A stretch of 11,836 nucleotides of DNA. Source: Thermoproteota archaeon. Lineage in GTDB: Archaea > Korarchaeota > Korarchaeia > Korarchaeales > Korarchaeaceae. The notes below the pieces were generated by a model that made no database searches, was not told the origin of the DNA, and was given only the letters and a program-made list of their open reading frames with translations. Shown here one piece after another: positions 7,358 through 11,836 of the stretch; the first letter of the stretch is position 1, and the number at the start of each line of letters is the position of its first letter. The position numbers and the translations under genes were made by a program. Location: assembly GCA_037917625.1 (NCBI GenBank), contig JAVCBY010000005.1, forward strand, positions 1 to 11,836, in the 5' to 3' direction.

Positions 7358-8026
7358 ATGATGGATTCCCCTAAAAATATGATATGCTCGAGGTGCGGAT
7401 CCCCTGACGCGGTTTTGATCAGAAGGTACTCGGGGGAGATTTTGTGTGAGAAATGCTTAAAGGACTCTCTATTAAACCGTATGAAACGTACTATCAGCAA
7501 ATATCGTTTATTATCGAGGGAAGATGAAATACTATTCTTAAGGACGAAATTGCCTTATACCGAGGCTCTCTTCGATCTCTTCATGGAGATGGAGTCTAAA
7601 TTCCCCGTTAAAATAAGTTCGATAGACCTGGATTTTAAGTCTAGGGATGAGATAATTGAGTTGCTCCGGGAAGTATCAACTAATCTCATTTCCTCTAAGG
7701 AAAAAGTGGTCCTTCCATTGATCCTTGACGATGCTGTTTCCTTACTCTTGAGGTCAATATTCACTGGCTCCCCAGATTTCCTAATAATATCAGGTAGACT
7801 TCACCTCCTCTTAAATGAGCTAAGCAATTTCGTTGCCCCTTTCATCGAGATACCAATTGAGGAGTTATCAGTCCTCCGCAGGTGCCCCAGATATGAGGTC
7901 AGAGATCCTTATATGAGGATGGTGGAGGAGCTCGAGGAGGAGAGTCCGGGGATCAGATTCAATATTTTAAGGTTCTTGGAGAGAGCAGATTTTTTAAGAG
8001 CGATGGGGCTCGGTAATCGGAAGTGA
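7358..8026 (+). CDS. Degenerate TtuA/NcsA (Ncs6/Ctu1)-family protein, likely non-catalytic
   Basis: N-terminal Zn finger CSRCG...RYSGEILCEKC, then RTISKYRLLSREDEI, LDD, PFIEIPIEE, CP and PGIRFNILR, all collinear with TtuA/NcsA. No SGGKDS PP-loop. Start could be 7352, 7358, 7361 or 7379. Confidence 0.7.
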   Translation: MMDSPKNMICSRCGSPDAVLIRRYSGEILCEKCLKDSLLNRMKRTISKYRLLSREDEILFLRTKLPYTEALFDLFMEMESKFPVKISSIDLDFKSRDEIIELLREVSTNLISSKEKVVLPLILDDAVSLLLRSIFTGSPDFLIISGRLHLLLNELSNFVAPFIEIPIEELSVLRRCPRYEVRDPYMRMVEELEEESPGIRFNILRFLERADFLRAMGLGNRK

Positions 8027-8038
8027 TAAGGTGATAAC

Positions 8039-9478
8039 ATGTCTGAGAGAGAGGCATACGAAGTTGTGCCTAAGGGAGAGGATTTCTCTAGATGGTTCGA
8101 TGAGGTGATCTTCAAGTCGGAGATACTCGATGAGAGATATCCCGTGAAGGGGATGTACGTCTGGCTCCCCTACGGGTATGAACTTATGGAAAACATAATG
8201 AGCATAATGGAAAGACTTTTAAGACAAACTGGGCATAAGAGAGTTTACTTCCCTTCAATAGTCCCTGAAAGCGTCCTTAGTAGGGAGTTCAGATTCATAA
8301 AGGGATTCCAGGATTCCGTGTTCTGGGTAACTAAGCTCGGAAGACAAGACGCTCCCGAGAAGCTCGCCCTCAGGCCCACTAGTGAGGCTATAATGTATGA
8401 GGTCCTCTCTAGATGGATAAGTAGCTATAGGGATCTCCCGATAAGGATCTATCAGATAGCCCCCATATACAGGTATGAGACGAAGGCCACGAGACCTATG
8501 TTGAGAGTTAGGGAAGTTGCTTTCTTCAAGGAAGGTCACACATTCCACACGACATACGAGGAAGCCGTCGAACAAGTTAACCTAGAGGTCTGGATATACA
8601 AGAGCTTCTACGATGAGCTCCTCATCCCTTACATAGTGGTCAAGACGATGCCATGGGACACCTTCCCGGGGGCTCTTTACAATTATGATATAGTTACGAT
8701 AATGCCAGATGGAAAGGCTCTGGAGTTAGGGAGCGCGATAAACTTCGGTGATCTATTCGCTAAGACATACGATCTGACTTACATGGATGAGGATGGAAAG
8801 AGGAAGAATGTTAACACCACATCCTTCGGGATATCGGAGAGATCCCTAGCTGCCGTCATCGCGATACATGGAGATGATAGAGGCCTGAGGCTCCCTCCGA
8901 AGATAGCGCCGATACAGATAGTCATAGTCCCTATTCCGACGAAGGATCATGAGGAGAGGATACTGAATTACTCTAGGGAAGTGAAGTCCACGCTCGAGAG
9001 GAGCTTCAGGGTCCATCTGGATGAGGGTGAGGAGAGACCGGGCTACAAGTTCTATAAATGGGAGATGAAAGGCATCCCCATCAGGATAGAGATAGGGAGA
9101 AATGAACTGGAGAGAAGGGAAGTTACAGTATTCAGGAGAGATAAGATGGAGAGGGAGACTGTACCCTTTGATAAATTAAACGAGAGAGTCTCCGAGATCT
9201 TAAAGGATATGGAGAGAGTTCTCTCTGAGCAAGCATGGAGCTACTTTAGGGAAAGGATATTCCACGCTAGGAATATGGAAGAGCTCATTGAGAACGTCAA
9301 AACGAAGGTGGTATCGTTCGCATGGTGTGGTAAAGAGGAGTGTGGCCATGAGGTTGAGGAGAAGGGCGGCTACGGTCTCTTAGGATATGAGGAGGATGCT
9401 CTGAAGGGCAGAGGGGAGAAGTGTATCATTTGCGGTGATGAGGCCAGGCACAGGTGTTGGATAGGAAGATCTTATTGA
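8039..9478 (+). CDS. proS: Proline--tRNA ligase, archaeal/eukaryotic type
   Basis: YPVKGMYVW, LRPTSE, YRYETKATRPMLRVRE, FPGA, GISER, IHGDDRGLRLPP, WEMKGIPIRIEIG, C-terminal Zn-binding Cys and terminal Tyr; SD AGGTGA at 8029-8034. Confidence 0.95.
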   Translation: MSEREAYEVVPKGEDFSRWFDEVIFKSEILDERYPVKGMYVWLPYGYELMENIMSIMERLLRQTGHKRVYFPSIVPESVLSREFRFIKGFQDSVFWVTKLGRQDAPEKLALRPTSEAIMYEVLSRWISSYRDLPIRIYQIAPIYRYETKATRPMLRVREVAFFKEGHTFHTTYEEAVEQVNLEVWIYKSFYDELLIPYIVVKTMPWDTFPGALYNYDIVTIMPDGKALELGSAINFGDLFAKTYDLTYMDEDGKRKNVNTTSFGISERSLAAVIAIHGDDRGLRLPPKIAPIQIVIVPIPTKDHEERILNYSREVKSTLERSFRVHLDEGEERPGYKFYKWEMKGIPIRIEIGRNELERREVTVFRRDKMERETVPFDKLNERVSEILKDMERVLSEQAWSYFRERIFHARNMEELIENVKTKVVSFAWCGKEECGHEVEEKGGYGLLGYEEDALKGRGEKCIICGDEARHRCWIGRSY

Positions 9479-9549
9479 GTTCTTTTAAATAAACTCTCCT
9501 ATTTTATCATAATCACTCCTATTGTCCGGCAGTGGATTACCCCCCAGAG

Positions 9550-9562
9550 GAAACCTTTTATT
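9550..9562 (+). promoter_or_regulatory. Putative BRE-TATA for rps26e
   Basis: GAAACC-TTTTATT resembles an archaeal BRE/TATA and lies about 32-44 nt upstream of TTG 9594. Confidence 0.5.
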
Positions 9563-9593
9563 CTGGAGGTGGTATGCTGAGCGGGTGATGGTA

Positions 9594-9935
9594 TTGCCAA
9601 AAAAGAGAAAGAACAGGGGCAGGAAGTTGGGAGGATCTGGTCATGAGAGAACTGTTCAATGTTCACAATGTGGGAGGGTTATACCGGCTGATAAGGCAGT
9701 GAAGGTAACTAGATGGACATCTCCCGTAGGTGGGAGCCTAGGGAAAGATCTGGAGAGGCAAGGGGCCTATATCTCTAGGAGACTTGAGACCAGGTACTAC
9801 TGCGTGAGCTGTGCAGTCTACTTGGGCATAGTCAGACCGAGGGCGGAGGAGGAGAGGAAGGAGGCCTTGCCAATAAATAGACCTTATACAAAGAAACAGG
9901 TATCCAATCTACCGCTCAAGTTCCTCAAGGTCTAA
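9594..9935 (+). CDS. rps26e: 30S ribosomal protein S26e (eS26)
   Basis: PKKRKNRGR, VQCSQCGRVIPADKA, YYCVSCAV. TTG 9594 (MPKKRKNRGR) follows SD GGTGA at 9584-9588; the ORF-track start at 9522 is too long. Confidence 0.95.
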   Translation: MPKKRKNRGRKLGGSGHERTVQCSQCGRVIPADKAVKVTRWTSPVGGSLGKDLERQGAYISRRLETRYYCVSCAVYLGIVRPRAEEERKEALPINRPYTKKQVSNLPLKFLKV

Positions 9936-11751
9936 TCAGAACCATTCCTCTAACCCACCCTTCTTAATTTCCTGAACCTTTAGAGGGGAGAGAGTCCTCT
10001 CTGTAACCTGATCGAACAAGCTCAAGTAATAATCCAAATCCGCGTCGTTTACGTCAAAGAATTCTGCCGGTCTTGCTCTTTCCGTCACACTTCCGGGTCC
10101 TTTAACTATTACTATCCTCAGGACCTGGCCCCTATGGACCTCCATCCCCTTCTCAACTTTCAGCCACGTCGAGACCCTGAGGCCCTTCGTCATTCTCTCA
10201 AATCTCTCTTCTTCCTTCCCAATAGTCTCAAATATTATTAAATCTTCCCTCTTAACATCTCCTCTTATTATTTTATCTCTGAATTTATTGAATATTTTTT
10301 CAATTTCACTCCCCTTCCCTTTGAGGGTAGCCTCAACGACCTCCCTCTGAGCCTCTTTGATTATCTTAGGGTAGTCCCTCCTTATGAACTCGAACCCCTT
10401 GGCGATAATCCTCCCATCCTCCAGTAAATGTGCATACTTTTTCTTCGCTAAGTAAATTCCTCTCAATGCTCTATAGCGGAGATCTAGCCTGAGGGGTTAT
10501 CTTCGAATTTATATCATCGATTACGTCCTCGCACTCCTTCCCGATGAATTGAATACCATCTGTATCTATGTAAATCACGTTTAAACCCTTAGATTCCAGT
10601 ATCTCCCTGACCTTCTTTATGTAAAGCCTTCCGTAGGCCGATGTCAGCCTGGCTGCAGATGTATTCATGAATGTAGCGCTCTCCCATCCCATATACCCAT
10701 AGATCGCATTAGTAACTACCTTTATTGCTCTTTGAGCTGCCTCCAGTCTCTTGTACTCAGGATCTTCCGGTTTCAAATTTCTGAGACTTTCCCTAATCTT
10801 TGATCTTTCCTCTATCAACTTCCTCACTAACTGGGGGACGAGGCCCTCCTTATCTCTGCATACCTTAGCTCTCACTCCCTCCACGTTCACCTCTTCTACT
10901 TCATCGCAGAGGCCCTCCTCAGGATTGACTGTCTCGAAGCTCAAATTATGTAGAGCCATTATAGAGGGATACATGCTAGCGAAATCCAGATAACAGATGT
11001 CTTCATAAATCCCTGGAGATCTTATCCAAACGAACCCTCCCTCATATCTCTCCTCAAGCCTTTGAGGCGATGAGAAAGCGATCCAACCTCTTGACCTCGA
11101 CTCCCTGAGGAGTATCGCCTCCACTATCTCCCCGACAGAGCTCCTGAGTAGCTTGTGAATGGGAATCAGCGACATCTTAGATAAAGCGACCTGATTATCG
11201 ATTATTTTTGAGTATATTCCAATTATCGTGCTTAATTTCTTCCTCATATAATCTAGAGCATTGTCCCTATTCAACTTCCAAGCTTCGGCCACTCTGAACT
11301 TCATCATGACCTCCGGTCTGTCGACCCCGAGCTCATCGGCTAATTCGTACCAAGTCCTCTCGGGGAGTTGGGGGAAATCCCTCCAAGCCACTGAGAAGAG
11401 ATCGAGATTGGCCCTCCCTCTGATCCTGTTCTCCACTATGATGGTACCCCTGAAGAACTTACCGGTCTCCATAGGTTCGGATCCATCTCTCCCAATCGGG
11501 AACCTAAGCCCGAGGTACTTAGAACGGGCCATCATGTGCTTGAATTCATCAGCATCTTGGCCATAACCTATTATTACATCCGGATTCTCCTTATTTATCA
11601 CTGAGGCAAATTCCCTTATGACGGAGGAATCGTCTAAATCGCTCGCTGATATCACCTCAATAGGACCATCATCCACTGAGTAAGAAATAGCGACTATCGG
11701 GCTTTTCCCCTCAATTGGAAATCCATCTTCGCTGTATATCATCCCGGAGAA
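9936..11751 (-). CDS. polB: Family B DNA polymerase (PolB3-like), 5'-truncated, with one apparent 1-nt frameshift near 10497; joins ORFs 10471-11742 and 9936-10466
   Basis: Motif A YLDFASMYPSIM, motif B KVVTNAIYGYMG, motif C IYIDTDG in the first ORF; KKKYA and KGFEFIRRD in the second. Removing one base fuses the frames. C-terminal GGLEEWF is PIP-box-like. Confidence 0.9.
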
Positions 11752-11836
11752 GAAGAAGAGGTGAACGTGGAGGGAGTGAGAGCTAAGGTATGCAGAGATA
11801 AGGAGGGCCTCGTCCCCCAGTTAGTGAGGTACTTGA
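11749..11836 (+). repeat. Inverted duplicate of 10815-10902 (internal polB segment)
   Basis: 11754-11829 is the exact reverse complement of 10822-10897 (76 nt); the match extends to 88 nt with 3 mismatches (11753, 11830, 11832). Confidence 0.95.

Noticed and set aside
9522-9593. N-terminal extension of S26e in the ORF track
   Set aside because: Spans the probable promoter and SD; the conserved protein starts at PKKR.
32-11566. Remaining short ORFs (e.g. 32-340, 692-916, 1199-1399, 1577-1936, 2816-3064, 3320-3604, 4468-4710, 4714-4899, 6331-6522, 6866-7135, 7555-7764, 7909-8115, 8255-8575, 10751-10993, 11261-11566)
   Set aside because: Mostly Ser/Leu/Phe-rich antisense shadows of well-supported genes, without motifs.
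10815-11836. Repeat pair as a DGR template/variable repeat, antisense RNA or invertible element
   Set aside because: Mismatches are not adenine-specific, no reverse transcriptase or recombinase is present, and the copy sits at the sequence end with junction microhomology.

Overview
Compact archaeal housekeeping region. The S26e gene, archaeal-type DnaG, pelota and ProRS, and GGTGA-type Shine-Dalgarno sites point to TACK or Asgard archaea; Korarchaeia is my best guess, by inference only. Gene order: 5'-truncated GlcD/GlcE-like FAD oxidoreductase, GlcF-like Fe-S protein, convergent WecC-like nucleotide-sugar dehydrogenase, rps17e, a structured ~85-nt intergenic RNA, dnaG, pelota, convergent Pol-beta-type nucleotidyltransferase, a degenerate TtuA/NcsA paralog, proS, rps26e, and a convergent 5'-truncated family B DNA polymerase split by a 1-nt frameshift. 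Most notable: (1) an unannotated hairpin-pocket-hairpin-ACA RNA (H/ACA guide-like) between a TATA box and dnaG; (2) a PolB with intact polymerase motifs but all three proofreading motifs degenerate; (3) a TtuA/NcsA paralog lacking the PP-loop and Fe-S CxxC, reminiscent of eukaryotic Ctu2/Ncs2; (4) a GlcD-like/GlcF-like pair with eroded cofactor ligands. The last ~88 nt are an inverted copy of an internal polB segment, most likely an amplification or assembly chimera. No CRISPR, tRNA, rRNA or mobile element seen.
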